Assembly (NCBI GenBank): GCA_964016885.1
Contig: OZ024744.1
Span: 125,178,001-125,242,000 of the forward strand
Reading direction: 5' to 3'
DNA from: Eledone cirrhosa
Lineage: Eukaryota
Length of the DNA stretch: 64,000 nucleotides
In this document: in pieces, positions 48,203 to 62,863 of the stretch
Numbering within the stretch: the stretch's first letter is position 1
Layout: every line of letters starts with the position of its first letter
The notes under the pieces: model-generated
Told to the model about the DNA's origin: nothing
The model's input: the letters and a program-made list of their open reading frames with translations, nothing else
The model's database searches: none
Program-made: the position numbers and the translations under genes

Positions 48203-49673
48203 CACTCAACTCCTCACTATAGCCATCATTACTTTTAACCTTACTGACTGCTCCTCCATACATGGCTTTTACTGCTCTCACAAGCCACTCATATACCCCT
48301 AGTTTTCTAAGTTATACACCAGATTAGGGAAGGGGGAAGTCTCACAGAAGCTCTCTCTGGGTCAACAAATGCCAAGTAGAGGGGCTTATTTTAGCTAGGT
48401 ACTACTCTTGCAGTTGCCACACAAGGAAGAGGACATCAGTGGTACTTTTACCTGGCACAAATCCAAACTTCATCTCATCTAGGTTAACTTGGTCCCTAAT
48501 CAGCTGTGTTATAAATCTAACACCTTCATGAAGTGGTCCATCTAATATCTCTATAGTTTTCTAGCTCTAGTACATCTCCTTTGCCCTTGTAGCAGTTGAT
48601 GATGATGATACTACACCATTTATTTGGTATGACACCATTTTGTATTACATGCTGTACGATACCAGTGGTTAAGATGTGACCCACCATCCCAGATACTTTC
48701 AGTATCTCAGCAACTATCACCAATGGACAAGATACTTTCTCTGTCTTCATATCCTTAATTACCTTACTTCATATCCTTAATTACCTTACTGCTTACTTGT
48801 ATGGCTGGACCCTCTGTTGGGCCCACTTTCCGTAGACTATCTTCCTCCCATGCATTCTCCTCATTCAGTAATCTTTCATAAAGGCATTTCCATGTTACAA
48901 AGGTTGGCTGAAAAGTTCATAGACTATCAATGATAGCATGATGCTAGAGCTGTGAAATCTTGCCTGCATTAATTTCAACTCTTCTTATTAATAACTGCAT
49001 TGTTTCCTTCCAGGGACTATGTTGAAAAATAAACCTCATTTGGTCATTCCATGAGTGTATCTTGGTCTGCCTATGAACTTTTCAGCTGACCCTATTCAGC
49101 ATCAGTGAGCCCAAATGCCCCATTATCATCCTGGACACACTTTACCCCAACATCACAATTTGCCCTCACACACTGCCTCACAATCCTGAACATCTCATGT
49201 ATTTCATCCTCACATCATAAAACCAACTGAAATTATATATTCTCTGCTTCCCTCCTTGCAAAGAATACTTCTTGCCTAGCTTCCTGTAGTGTACCCTCCA
49301 GCTGCCTCCATTCTGCCATTATTCCATGCCTGTCTCTTGGCCTTAACTGTCTCATCTACCCTAGTGTTTCACCACCAAGATACTCTCCTCTCTGAAGCCC
49401 TGCTCCAGCCACAGATCTAGTTTGACACCTTCAGCAAAGGTTCTTTAAGGAACTCCCACTGTTCCCCTATATTGTATGTTTCTATTTGTTCTTCCTTACT
49501 GTTGTAAAGATCAAACAAAATATCTCTAAATTTGGAACTGGCTGAGGGGTCCTTTAACTTCCATATCCTTCTCCTCCAAGTTGCCCTCAGTCTTCAAGTT
49601 CATCTAAGTCTATGAAATCACTAACTACTGGGTTATGTTGGGAGGTGCATTCTTCCCCAGGGGGTGGGGATTG
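48203..49673 (-). mobile_element. Degenerate RTE fragment with nested mariner-like MITE (48898-49095), copy 2
   Basis: Same as 9480-10950. Confidence 0.75.
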
Positions 49674-50152
49674 TGTGTTTACAAATGTCAATATCTCATC
49701 TTCTGGTGAGGATAAAAATCTGACTGGCATGCTCCTCTGACCAATAGGTGTTGAAGTGGTTGTCGGGTAAACGTTAAGACCCTCTGATATACATATATAT
49801 ATATATACTAGCAGTGGTACCCGGCGTTGCACGGGATAACGTATTTCGGAACGCGGGCCGCCATCTTCCACTTCAGCCGGTCGCCCTAAAGTGTTGGCTA
49901 TTCAGTCTACTTGAGGCCAGTTGGTGAGGGGGGGGTAAAGCTTTCAGTGTGCTACTACCCTCACGGTCAAATAGAAAGGGAGAGGAAGAAAAGTCAGCGT
50001 TAATATCGTGCTACACGTTTGAAAGGTTGGATGACCTTAGAGTTCACCAGGGTGGGGGGTTCTAAAAGTATCTATCTTGGTATTTTATCTTAGAAGTAAT
50101 CATTACAGAGTGTACTGGGTGTATTTTAGTGGGCAGTAATTCCATAAAGAAC

Positions 50153-50973
50153 ACAGTATAATCTGTGGACACAAGCCTTGCAGTGTGATTACAGGCAGGT
50201 TAATGGGAAAGATAGATTATATATGTGACATGATGTACATGAGAAGTGAGGACACAGACCACACATGAAATAGATTCCTACAACTGTCAGGGAGGCTCCC
50301 TAGAATTACAGATGACATATTTCAATATCTCGGTGATCAAGTTAGCAGTGGAGGAAGAATCTCTAAAAGTGTAATACCCAGGATAAGGACAGGCTGGAAG
50401 AAGTTTAGAGTACTGTTCCATCTGTTGACAACAAAGGGCTTCTCTCTCAGAATGGAGGCTAGACTGCTTGATACTTATGTGTGGTCTGCAATCTACACCC
50501 CAGCCATGCCCCTTCCACTACCACTCCTTAGCTATTTCTCTCCATTAATACTCCTCACATTTCAAGCAGTTTTCTCATCTCAATGAAAGAAAAATATTGG
50601 GCTCAAGAGAAGTCTTCAGTTATGCCATGGTGTGGCAACCTCCCTAGGGTTGGGCAGAGTGTAAATGAGAGTGAAATTAGGTATGAGAGGGATCATATGC
50701 AGTATACAAGAGAGTAGATTACATTGGTATGGTCATGTGATGGGTATAAAGGATGACAGCTGTATAAAAATGTGCTGGGCAATCAAAGTTGATGGAAGTT
50801 ATGAAGGCGGAAGACCCAGGATGACCTGGGATGAGGTGATAAAAGATGACTTTGCACAATTGCAACTCTCAAAGACAATGACACAGGATAGAGATCTTGA
50901 GATGTATGCAGCAATACAGAAGGCCTGCTTTCCAATGTGCACGGACTCAAACATACATCTAGTAGGCCCCTCC
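50153..50973 (+). mobile_element. Degenerate RTE C-terminal fragment, copy 2
   Basis: Same as 11430-12250. Confidence 0.8.
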
Positions 50974-51032
50974 TAACCACTATACTCCTTTCCAAACTCC
51001 CACACTCCCACTTCTGTACACACCACCTTTAG

Positions 51033-51644
51033 ACTGTAAAGTGGTAGTGTACAAGTCACAACAAAAGCACCCAGTCCACTCTGTAAAGTTGATGTGTTGG
51101 TGTCATAACAAAAGGCACTCAGTCCACTCTGTAAAGAGGTTGTGTAAGTGTCACAACAAAGACATCTAGTCCACACTGTAAAGTGGTCATGTAGGTGTCA
51201 CAACAAAAAGTACCAGTCATTATTGTAAAGTGGTTGTATAGGTGTCATAACAAAAAGCACCCAGTCGACACTGTAAAGTGGTTGTGTAGGTGTCAGAACC
51301 AAAAGCACCCAGTCGACACTGTAAAGTGGTTGTGTAGGTGTCAGAACCAAAAGCACCCAGTCCACCCTGTAAAGTGGTTGTGTAGGTGTCATGATAAAAA
51401 GCACCCAGTCCACACAGTAAAGTGGTCATGTAGGTGTCACTAAAAAAGCACCCAGTCTACTCTGTAAAGTGGTCATGTAGGTGTCATGACAAATAGCACC
51501 CAGTCCACCCTGTAAAGTGTTCATGTAGGTGTCATGATGGAGAGTAACCAGTCCACAATGTAAAGTAGCCATGTAGCTGTCACAACAAAGCACCCAGTCC
51601 ACACTGTAAAGTGGTCATGTAGGTGTCATTTCAAAAAGCACCCA
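51033..51644. repeat. 48-bp minisatellite, copy 2
   Basis: Same as 12310-12921. Confidence 0.9.
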
Positions 51645-51647
51645 GGT

Positions 51648-51835
51648 CCATGGCTTGGCCTGCTAACCGACGCTATACCCAAGTCGGTCGCCATGCTTTC
51701 CAGCATAGAGTTACGTCTCTTTATGGTCTGAGTTCAAATCACGCCGAGGTTAACTTTGCCTTTCATCCTTACGGGGTCGATAAAATAAAGCACCAGTAAT
51801 GTACTGGGGTCGATTTAATCGACTTTCCCCTCCTC
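51648..51835 (+). mobile_element. SINE, copy 2
   Basis: Same as 12925-13112. Confidence 0.75.
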
Positions 51836-51875
51836 TGCCAAATGACACACACATGCATGGTTCGGGGGAACCTAC

Positions 51876-51937
<62 letters not shown>

Positions 51938-53092
51938 GTAGGTCACTGGTTGAGTCGGTATTAACCACAGTAACTAAGGTACTCAATACATATTAGATAT
52001 AGGTGTCTTTCTAATTGCTGGCCTTGTTCATAAGGTATACACAAGTATGATGTGTGTCTGTTTAACTGTACGTGTGAAAACATCGCGAAATTGCGCCTTT
52101 TAATATTTGAATATAAACAGTTAAAAAATAATTATTTTAGTAATTTTTAAATATCGATAATGTGTATATAAATATTAGAAATCAATTTAATTAGTTCAGT
52201 AACATTACTCGGAGTTAAGATAAACCTTCATTTGAAGAAATTCGAGATTTGACCAAATAAATAGATTATGTGATCAATAAAAAAAATATGTATACGCGCT
52301 TGAACGACGGGTTGCAGACAGTCAGGCATACAGACACATATTTTAAAGCGTGCGACGTTAAAAGTCTTACTCTCTCTCTTTTTAGATAGATAGACTTAAT
52401 TAAAGCAGTTTCACTCTCTCTATATTTCATCAGCTCCCTCTCTCTTAAATTGAAAGATTCATTAAGGCTGAAATAATCTAAACAGTAACATCATTTTTCG
52501 CCAGCTCTAGCTTGCGTCCAGAGATATACACACACATATATATATATTTTTTTTGTTATCGAGTTGAGCTTTGCCAAGCATAGAATTCCAAATTTGACCA
52601 TCTCCACTGAAAATGTTCGTGAAATAGTCTTTAAGAAGCAATTTAATTTTTTCCAACTGAAACTGTAAGTATTTTAAAATTTATTTCAACATGGTCTTAA
52701 AAGATTGTTGGCTTTTTTTAAATTCATAACTATTTACTATGAAATATAAATTATTAAATCCAATTTATTTGATAACCATGATTTGATTTTATAATTACCT
52801 GAATCACGTTAACATGTATGTATATATATACACACACACGTGTGTGTATATATATATATATATAATAATTGTTTCTACGTTACGCAGTGTATTACTGGTA
52901 CTGTATTTTACGATATTAAATATTAAATATTAACTATTAGATATTAAATATTAAATATTAGATATTAGATATTAAATATTAAATATGATATCCCTGAAAT
53001 ATATATAATGAAATAAATATGGTTTTATAAATGTAATTTCCATTTGTTTAATATCAAATATATATATATATATATATATGTATTTATGTATA

Positions 53093-53156
<64 letters not shown>

Positions 53157-53383
53157 GCAGACACAGACACAGAATATCGTATATATCACACACACACAAT
53201 TAAGACTTGACGTGTTGCAGACAGCCAGACATACAGAGAGATATTTTAAAGCGTGCGACCTTACATTTCTTACTCTTTCTCTTATCAAAAGAGAAAGAGT
53301 AATGCTAACACTTACGTCTACTTCACGCTCTCTTGAACCGTTACAGAAATTGCATCACATCTAATTATAACTTTGTACGTTTG

Positions 53384-53516
<133 letters not shown>

Positions 53517-53549
53517 GTGTGTGTGTGTATATATATACACACACACGTG

Positions 53550-53611
<62 letters not shown>

Positions 53612-53662
53612 AATACACACACACGTGTGTGTGTATATATATATATATATACACACACACAC

Positions 53663-53745
<83 letters not shown>

Positions 53746-53835
53746 CACACACACGTGTGTGTGTATATATATATATACACACACACACGTGTGTGTGTAT
53801 ATATTTATATATATATATATACACACGTGTGTGTG

Positions 53836-53880
<45 letters not shown>

Positions 53881-53884
53881 GTGA

Positions 53885-53915
<31 letters not shown>

Positions 53916-54012
53916 CACGTGTGTGTGTGTATATATATATATATACACACACACGTGTGTATATATATATATATACATATATATATATACACACACACGT
54001 GTGTGTGTATAT

Positions 54013-57000
54013 AATAATAATAATAATAATGAAATGATTGTGTACAGTGCTCAGGTGCACTACAACTCATCAAAGGTGCATGTATAGTACATAGAATAAT
54101 GTACAAACATCAGTAAAATGAACAGTGCACACATGTGTGCATGTGTATGGAAGGGGCACATCAGGTGTAGTTTTGGCGTATTTCGGGAAGCATGAGTGTC
54201 TTAAAGGATGCAGTGTCTCGGCAGCTAACAATTGACGCAGGCAGTTTGTTCCATGTTTCAGCAACTCTGAGCGTGAAAAAATGTCTGCGAAAGTCATGGG
54301 AGCTGTGCTGTTTTCTTATCTTGTAGGCATGTCCACGTGTGTTAGACACATGGAGATCAAAGAGGCGCTCAGGGTTGCAGTTGGCGAGATGGTTAAAAAC
54401 TTTGTGGGTATTCACCAAGTCCACTGCCAGATGTCGGAGCTTCAATGAATCCATGCCCAGGGAAGCAAGGCGTTCAGAGTATGGTAGGTGTCTGATGGAG
54501 GGTATGCGCTTGGTTGCACGTCTCTGAACAGCTTCCAGGAGGTCAATGTTCCGAGCAAGATAGGGGTTCCAGACTGATGATGCGAATTCCAAGTGTGGTC
54601 GCACCATAGCTGTATACAGTTTTAAATAGATGGCTGGAGAGCGGCTAACAAAGGTCTTGCTGAGTGATGCCAAGACACCCTCGGCCTTCTTGACAATCTT
54701 AGAGACATGCTTTGTCCAACGCAAATCGTTGCCGACAGTAATGCCCAGGTCACGTTCACAAGAGGACTTTTTGATGTCAGTGTTGTGGAGGGAGTATGTG
54801 GACGCTGGATTTTTCCTTCCAAAATGCATGGTGGTACACTTGTCCACAGCCAGCTTCAGTTGCCAGTCTGTGATCCATTGCTGCATTGTGTCCAGGTCTG
54901 ATTTTAGGAAAGAGTTGTAAATTTCAGGATCAGTCCTTTTGATTTCAAGGTACAGCTTGATGTCATCTGCATATTTTAGTACCGTGGCATTCTGTAAGTT
55001 GGCATCTATGTCATTAATATATGCCACAAACAAAAGAGGACCAAGAACAGATCCCTGTGGTACACCAGATGACATCTCATATGGTGAAGAATGCTGTCCT
55101 AGAACCGTGACTACTTTCCTTCGGCTGAGAATGAAGGATTTCAGCCAGTCGAAAAGATCATCCCTCACACCCATTGCAGAGAGTTTTGCCATAAGTCTTT
55201 TGTGTGGCACAGAATTAAAAGCCTTAGCAAAGTCAAGGTAAACAACATCCACCCATGAGCCGCTGTCAGTGATCCGGGTGATGTCCTCAAGGAACTCGAT
55301 AAGCTGATCACAGCAGCTGGAGTTAGGGATAAATCCAAACTGTGAGGGCCGGATGAGGCTGTGAGAGCTCCAGAAGTTCCAAAGTGTTTCTCTGACACAG
55401 GATTCCATCAGTTTGGCCATACAGCTAGTAAGACTGACTGGACGATAGTTGACAGGTGACATGCGGTTGCCCTTTTTGAACAGGGGAATGACACTGGCAG
55501 TTTTCCACTGCTCCGGAGTAGCACCATTGCTGAGACAGTATTGAAAGAAAAAAGAAAGCTGGCGCAAAAGGAAATCCCCGCCACGTTTGAGAAGCAGGTA
55601 TGTCACACCATCAAGACCAGGGGAGGCATAGTTGCGCTTATTCTTAAGGTGACGTCGCAACATTGCAGGTGTAAATTCCATAGTTGTTATGGAATTTGAT
55701 GTTAGAGATGGTGGAGATGGTACATTCTGGTTTTCAACAGTAAAAATACTTGCATAGCACTCAGCAATGAGTTCTGCGCATTCCTTGGGATCGTCAGTGA
55801 TCTGGCTTGTGTGGGGATTGCGAAGAGGACCAACTGGAGAGTGAGGTCTCTGCTTTGAATGAACATATTTCCAGAACACCTTACTGTCAGGATTGGTTGC
55901 GATGCACTGTTCAAATTCAAGCACTGCCTTCTTTGTCACTTGCTTGAGATGGTTAGAAGATTTATTCCGCTTTTTTCTGTTGGCATCTGATCTATGCAGT
56001 TTATATTCCCGTTCAGCGTTCCGACGTTCTTTCCTGGCAAGTCGGACTGCTGAAGTTTCCCAGATTGCACTTTTGGGGTGGTTATTTTTCCGCTTCCGTG
56101 GCACTGATGCTGCACACGCTATCCATATTGAGTCCAGGATGCTCTGGAGTATAGAGTTCACATCTCCAGAGTTATACATCTCATGCCAGTTTGGGCGCTG
56201 TAGCTCAGTGCAGTACAAGTTCCAATCCGCCCTCTTCCAATCAAAGCAAGCAGATTGGAGATGGCTCTGGTTTTTGTTGCTGCCCTCAAGTGCCAGATTG
56301 GCAATGATCATAGCATGATCAGAGTCGCCTAGAGGTTCCTCAGTAGTACAACTGATAACCACTTCAGGAGTAGTGGTGAAGATCACGTCCAAAGTGTTGT
56401 CACCTCTTGTTGGAGAGGTGACTACTTGTGACCAGTTTGAGTCCAGCACTAGTTCAAGGAAATCGTTTGCACCCTGTGGCCAACGAAAGGTTTCCCAATC
56501 GATCTCAGGATGATTGAAGTCACCTGCAATAAACACATAAGTGGCTGTTTTCTTGGCAGCAACTCTGAGGATATCGCAAAGCTGTGTGTCCTGATGGTAG
56601 TTTGGGGGGCGATAAACAACACCAAGCAGAAGTGTTGACATGGTCATACGTATGTCACAGAAAAAAACTTCTTCCTGTGATTCGTTCAAATCAACGCAAG
56701 GAATTACCGAAAAGTTTGAACGAACGTAGACCATCACACCACCACCACGGCGGTTAATGCGGTCCTTGCGGAAAAGGTTGTACCCAGTAATGGTGAAAAC
56801 CCCATCACAGAGTAAGGAATGTGCCCATGTTTCCGTGACTGTGATGAAGTCAGGGTCGATGCTTCTGACGTAGGATTCGAACAGATGTATCTTGTTGCAT
56901 AAACTGCGAGCATTTAAGGACAACAATTTGTACCCTGCTCGCAGTCTATGATGGTGTGTAGAGGGTGGCAGGTTGTTCTGGTTTAGTTTCCCAGAGTTGT

Positions 57001-57137
57001 AGCAGTTTTTACATTGCCAGTTATTGTGGGTAGATCACACTCAGACCAGCTGGTATCTCTCTTCCACGTTTCACCCGCCTTGACAAACCTCCAGATCTGC
57101 CCATCATCACGCAGACTGAAACTTTCATCTTGTGCTG
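54013..57137 (-). mobile_element. 5'-truncated CR1 LINE, copy 2
   Basis: Same as 15290-18414. Confidence 0.93.
54161..56926 (-). CDS. CR1-type ORF2 endonuclease-reverse transcriptase (921 aa), copy 2
   Basis: Translation matches 15438-18203. Confidence 0.95.
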   Translation of the reverse strand: MLSLNARSLCNKIHLFESYVRSIDPDFITVTETWAHSLLCDGVFTITGYNLFRKDRINRRGGGVMVYVRSNFSVIPCVDLNESQEEVFFCDIRMTMSTLLLGVVYRPPNYHQDTQLCDILRVAAKKTATYVFIAGDFNHPEIDWETFRWPQGANDFLELVLDSNWSQVVTSPTRGDNTLDVIFTTTPEVVISCTTEEPLGDSDHAMIIANLALEGSNKNQSHLQSACFDWKRADWNLYCTELQRPNWHEMYNSGDVNSILQSILDSIWIACAASVPRKRKNNHPKSAIWETSAVRLARKERRNAEREYKLHRSDANRKKRNKSSNHLKQVTKKAVLEFEQCIATNPDSKVFWKYVHSKQRPHSPVGPLRNPHTSQITDDPKECAELIAECYASIFTVENQNVPSPPSLTSNSITTMEFTPAMLRRHLKNKRNYASPGLDGVTYLLLKRGGDFLLRQLSFFFQYCLSNGATPEQWKTASVIPLFKKGNRMSPVNYRPVSLTSCMAKLMESCVRETLWNFWSSHSLIRPSQFGFIPNSSCCDQLIEFLEDITRITDSGSWVDVVYLDFAKAFNSVPHKRLMAKLSAMGVRDDLFDWLKSFILSRRKVVTVLGQHSSPYEMSSGVPQGSVLGPLLFVAYINDIDANLQNATVLKYADDIKLYLEIKRTDPEIYNSFLKSDLDTMQQWITDWQLKLAVDKCTTMHFGRKNPASTYSLHNTDIKKSSCERDLGITVGNDLRWTKHVSKIVKKAEGVLASLSKTFVSRSPAIYLKLYTAMVRPHLEFASSVWNPYLARNIDLLEAVQRRATKRIPSIRHLPYSERLASLGMDSLKLRHLAVDLVNTHKVFNHLANCNPERLFDLHVSNTRGHAYKIRKQHSSHDFRRHFFTLRVAETWNKLPASIVSCRDTASFKTLMLPEIRQNYT

Positions 57138-57202
57138 TATATATATATATATATACACACGTGTGTGTGTATTTATGTATATATATATATATACACACAC
57201 AC

Positions 57203-57246
<44 letters not shown>

Positions 57247-57361
57247 GTGTGTGTGTGTATATATATTTATATATATATACACACACGTGTGTGTATATAT
57301 ATATATATATATACACGTGTGTGTGTATTTATATATATATATATATACACACACACGTGTG

Positions 57362-57392
<31 letters not shown>

Positions 57393-57775
57393 GTGTGTGT
57401 ATATATATATATCTGTCTCTCTCCCTGTCTCTCACTCTCCCTCTATCCCCCCTCTCTCTCTCTGTCTCTCCCCCCCCCTCTCTCTCTCTCTAGTAGTAGA
57501 GAGAGACAAAGAGAGAGAGATATAAACGTATAACCCTAACCAAACCCTAACCCAACCCTAACCCCAACCCTAACCCTAACCTAACCCTAACCCATCTCTC
57601 TCTCTCTCTCACCCCCTCTCTCTCTCTCTAGTAGTAGAGAGAGAGACAAAGAGAGAGAGAGATATAAACGTATAACCCTAACCCAACCCTAACCTCTCTC
57701 TCTCTTCTCTCTCTCTCTCTCCCCTCTCTCTCTCTATTCCCCCCTCTCTATTTCCCCCCCTCTCTCTCTAGTAGT

Positions 57776-57806
<31 letters not shown>

Positions 57807-59472
57807 TATAAACGTATAACCCTAACCCAACCCTAACCCTAACCCAACCCCAACCCTAACCCATCTCTCTCTCTCTCTCTCTCTCTCTCTTTGTTTTTAA
57901 CATTGTTTTGTTTTTCTTTTCTTTTCTTATTCAGATGACAAACGGCAGAGGATACAACAGAAGAAAAGAACAAAGATAATTATTATTATTATTACTATTA
58001 TTATTTGTTTTATTATAATCAAAATATGCTGTTAGTTAGATCTGCATTGCGTACATTTTATATAATTTATGCCAGTTCCTTTTCTGCATATCGAACATGG
58101 CCATTTCCCTGACGGAATAGAGTTTTGTCCTCTTTCGTGACACAAAGTACAGCCAGCGGCATCATTGCGGACAGACTTAATCCCGAATTGCACTGACACA
58201 CTGCCTCGCAATACGGAACACCGCACGTCTTTGATCTTCTTCCCGTCGATCAGCCTCCTTGCCATGCTAAGTACACCTGACGTCTAGCTTCTCTCTTAGC
58301 GGCGGCTTTATATTCTTCTCTACTCCCACTAATTTTCCAAGCATTCCATGCTAGCCTTTAGTCTCCAATGGCCCGATCTACCGTGCTGTCCCACCACCAT
58401 GTCACTCTCTGTCTGGTTGGAACTCTGATCCAGCCACAAGTTTAATCAGTAGCCTGCAATAAGTTGTCACATAAGAAAATCGAGTTCTCATGTATGTCAT
58501 ACGACTGTGAATCGTCTTCTTTTTCGTCATACACATATTGAAGGGCTTTCCTAAATTTCTATTTTAGTGAAATCTCTTTTAGCTTCCAGACCTTTCTTTT
58601 TTCCACATCTTCCTGTATGTCTCAATCATACCTGGAGCTGTCCAACATGACCATTGAAATCCCCTGCTAGCATAACGATGTCTCCGTCCTGTCATTGTGG
58701 CTGTTTGTAAAAATTGCTTGTAAATGAAGTCTTTCTTTTCTTTACCTAGCAGAAGCAATTAACACTAACCCAACTGTAACACTAACCCTAACACTAACTT
58801 ATGCAGGCCTAGGTAAAGACAAGAAAGATAAAACAAGGAGTGATGCTTCTTGAATTTTGTGATGCAAGTGTTTTAACCATTTGCAAAACCAACTTCCACA
58901 AACCTGCCTCACTGCCGCCTAATAACCTACAAATCAGGCAAGCACAGAAGCCGGATTTCTCGGTAGTTAGGCAGCGAGACAGACAGATGGGGTGTGAAGT
59001 ACCAGGGTGTGCCCCGGGGAGGAATGTTTCCCACAGCGTGGGTTGGTTGTTGGTGATGTCTCGGTTATCTTGAGACGGAGTGAGACGTGCAGGAATACTC
59101 TCACGGAATCGCCAAATGAGGTTTATTTTTCAACATAGTCCCTGGAATGAAACAATGTGGTTATTAAGAAGAATTGAAATTAATGTAAGATTTCACAGAT
59201 CTATGATCAATCCTTCACAGTCAGCTTACAAAGTTTTCAGCCAAACCTTGTGTATTTCCAACATTTCAAACCCTATCTAGGACTACATTATCTAATGTAC
59301 AGTACAGTAGTTAGTATTAGTGGCTATCAGACATAGTGTATCTAAATGCAACATTTTTAACATTGTTTTTTTTTTCTTTTCTTTTCTTTTCTTATTCAGA
59401 TGACAGACGGCAGAGGATACAATAGAAGAAAAGAACAATGATAATTATTATTATTATTATTGTTGTTATTCC

Positions 59473-59864
59473 TTGAATCTCAGTCATTGATGTTGGTTAA
59501 CTGGAAAGTCCGTTGGAATGAATATCAAGCCACTACCTGCAGCCTCAGATATTCAGGACGTATCGGAGGGTTCTTGCTGTTCCAAGCAAGCATGCCTTTT
59601 GAAGCGTTCCAAAAAGCGTGAAGGGGCCGATTTTCTTTAACCATCCCTGGAAACTTTTGGAGATGGACAAAAAACTGGAACACAATAGACCTGACCTGGT
59701 GGTTGTGGACAAAGAAAAAAGATCGTGTCTGATTGTGGATGTGGCCTGCCCGTTCAACACGAGAGTGCAAGAGAAGGAGAGGGAGAAAATTAACCGATAC
59801 CAGGACCTAAAGTGGGAGGTGAAAAGGATTTGGAACTGCCATGAAGTCAAAGTGATCCCGATTG
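59473..59864 (+). mobile_element. R4/Dong-like RLE fragment, copy 2
   Basis: Same as 20750-21141. Confidence 0.8.
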
Positions 59865-59905
<41 letters not shown>

Positions 59906-60502
59906 TATTATTTGTTTTATTATAATCAAAATATGCTGTTAGTTAGATCTGCATTGTGTACATTTTATATAATTTATGCCAGTTCCTTTTCTACATATCG
60001 AACATGGCCATTTCCCTGACGGAATAGAGTTTTGTCCTCTTTTCTACTCATCAACACTCATTCGTGACACAAAGTACAGCCAGCGGCATCATTGCGGACA
60101 GACTTAATCCTGATTTGCACTGACACACTGCCTCGCAATACGGAACACCGCACGTCTTTGATCTTCTTCCCGTCGATCAGCCTCCTTGCCATGCAAAGTA
60201 CACCTGACGTCTAGCTTCTCTCTTAGCGGCGGCGGCTGTATATTCTTCTCTACTCCCACTAATTTTCCAAGCATTCCATGCTAGTCTTTAGTCTCCAATG
60301 GCCCGATCTACAGTTTCTGTCTCAACTCGTCTATGCTTGGTCGTTCCCGCACATTGACATTGCACATCCAACGGAGCATGCTTGCTTCATTTCTCTCCAG
60401 CCGTCGCATGTCCTCTGCAGTTGCTGCCCGTGTCTCACTACCATGCAGCATCGCGCATCTAAACCTGGCCCTTACCCTAACCCCAACCTCTTTGGTTTTC
60501 GT

Positions 60503-61340
60503 TTTCTCGACGGCTAGCCGCATTTCGTGATCCGCCTTTCGATTGCGCTTCCGTCGCGGCAAAAGAATTGCCTTTCCAGACCGCCGTCGCCCGACCGGAC
60601 CCATGATAGAAGACGTTCGTTACCGTTGGAGCAACGCAAATTACTCCTCGGTTGACGCCAAAAACGAACGCCTTCCCGCCTCGCGCCGCCTTCTCCTCGC
60701 CGACCCTCGGCCTCGACGATTAGCCACTTTCCGTCACAGCAGTAGATACGCGTCCATCGTAATAGCCGTCATTTTAACGCAGGAGAAACGCCTAATTGCC
60801 CTGCACCGCGTTTGACGGCGATCTACGACGGCGACGATGCACGCACTCTTCCTTGCTGCGACGAAGGTTTCGGCTTTTCGTCGTGGACCCGGTCAGGTCA
60901 TGCCGCTGACCTCGCGTTACGGCGACGCGAGAAGACGTTCGTTACCGCTGGAGCAACGCAAATTACTCCTCGGTTGACGCCAAAAACGAACGCCTCGCGC
61001 CGCCGCTTCCTCCTCGGCCTCGACGATTAGCCGCTTTCCGTCACAGCAGTAGATACGCGTCCATCGTAATAGCCGTCATTTTAACGCAGGAGAAACGCCT
61101 TGACGACGATATACGACGGGTCGACGACGCGCGCACTCTTTCTGCTGCGACGAAGGTTTTGGCTTTTCGTTGTGGACCCGGTCGGGTCATGCCTCTGACC
61201 TCGCGTTGCGTCGCCACCGCCGCGGCGGGCTTGGGTTTAGCCGTAGCTACCCTCGTTTTGCCAACGGCGACGCGAGAAGACGTTCGTTACCGCTGGAGCA
61301 ACGCAAATTACTCCTCGGATGAGGCCAAAAACGAACGCTG
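60503..61340 (+). repeat. Spacer/leader duplicate, copy 2
   Basis: Same as 21780-22617. Confidence 0.85.
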
Positions 61341-61417
61341 AAGAGATATTGTCCATGGATATCGGGAATTTTACCCGCCCTAGATAGATAGATAGATAGG
61401 GATGTATGTATGTATGT

Positions 61418-61457
<40 letters not shown>

Positions 61458-61836
61458 GTATGTATCTTTCTCATTCTCTCTGTATGTATGTATGTATGTA
61501 TATATATATAATTATATATTTATAGACATCCTGAAAGCTTTTTAAATGTCTGAGAGATTGGCTAAATATGTTTTGCAGGTATGACCAGTAAGAGAGAGGT
61601 AAGTTATTTCAAAACAATTCTTTGACCATTATTTTAAGGTACTATCTCAGTGTATTTTTAAATTGATCTCTTGATAGGATGAAATGACCTGTATAATTTT
61701 TTTCATATTTAGATGGAATAGAAGAAAAACAAGAAAAATGAAATGAATTCAAACAGAAAATATACACCAATGCCAATGGAGGTATGATTTCAGTTTAATC
61801 TTAACCTAATGACCACTTTACAGAGTGTACTGGATA

Positions 61837-61917
<81 letters not shown>

Positions 61918-62362
61918 AGGAAGCTCCAACCGTTAAGGTTGTCTTTCCATTTATTAATATATTGTGTATTTACTCCACTAAACTGTTGAGTGCTTTATAT
62001 CAGTTATAAAAAAATTTCAGCTTGTTGAATCCCAAAATAGTTGTTGAAACAGCCACAGCTCAGCCGTCGGGGTCCTGAATATTTATCATATATATATATA
62101 CGTATGAGTGTGTGTGTTTTGAGAATTAATAATTATATAAACAAGTTTGTAATGAACAATTTATTTCTTATCAAAACTGTATAAACATGATATTATTTAC
62201 AGTAAGAATAACAATAATAATGATGGTTTCTAGTAAAGGTGGAAGGCCAGTAATTTGGGGGAGGGGAAAGTTGATTAAATCGAAGAGAGAAAGAAAGAAA
62301 AAACAGAACGGGAAGGAGAGGGGATGGCAAGAGGTCCGGTGTCGCAGGAGAGAGGGGAGGGT

Positions 62363-62863
62363 GGTTGAGCTTTGAGTCTAGGGCAAGAGGGCAGAAATGC
62401 TGCGCCCCACGGATAAGACGGCAAAAATATTCTCGCGGACGATGGCCAGAGATACCCAATGCAACAACCACCCAACCTCGCGGTGTTCCCTCCTCAGATG
62501 GGCTGCTGACTCTCCGATCTTTTGGAGGAGCTCGGCAGTACAAGGTCCAAGTACTCCTGGGGTCTCGACGTTGACTGGTGCAGAGAGGAAGTGGCCGGAC
62601 AATCCTCGGTATTTGTTTATTTTACGTTCTTCTGCGAGGTGGGCTGCGATGCCGGGGTTTGTGACCGAAACGACTTGGAAACGAAGTTGTAGGCGGAGAT
62701 TGTGTCGTAGCTGGTGGTGTCCCAGATGAGGGACCTACGTCCTTCGAATGGGAAGAGAGTGATTCCGTCGGGGCGCTTGCCATCTCCGGGACCTGTTGGC
62801 CCCAGTTGTGATGGGAAGCCAGCTGCGTCCAGGCTTCTTCTCAATATGTCGTTGACAACGACG
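62363..62863 (-). mobile_element. CRE-like RLE fragment, copy 2
   Basis: Same as 23640-24140. Confidence 0.75.
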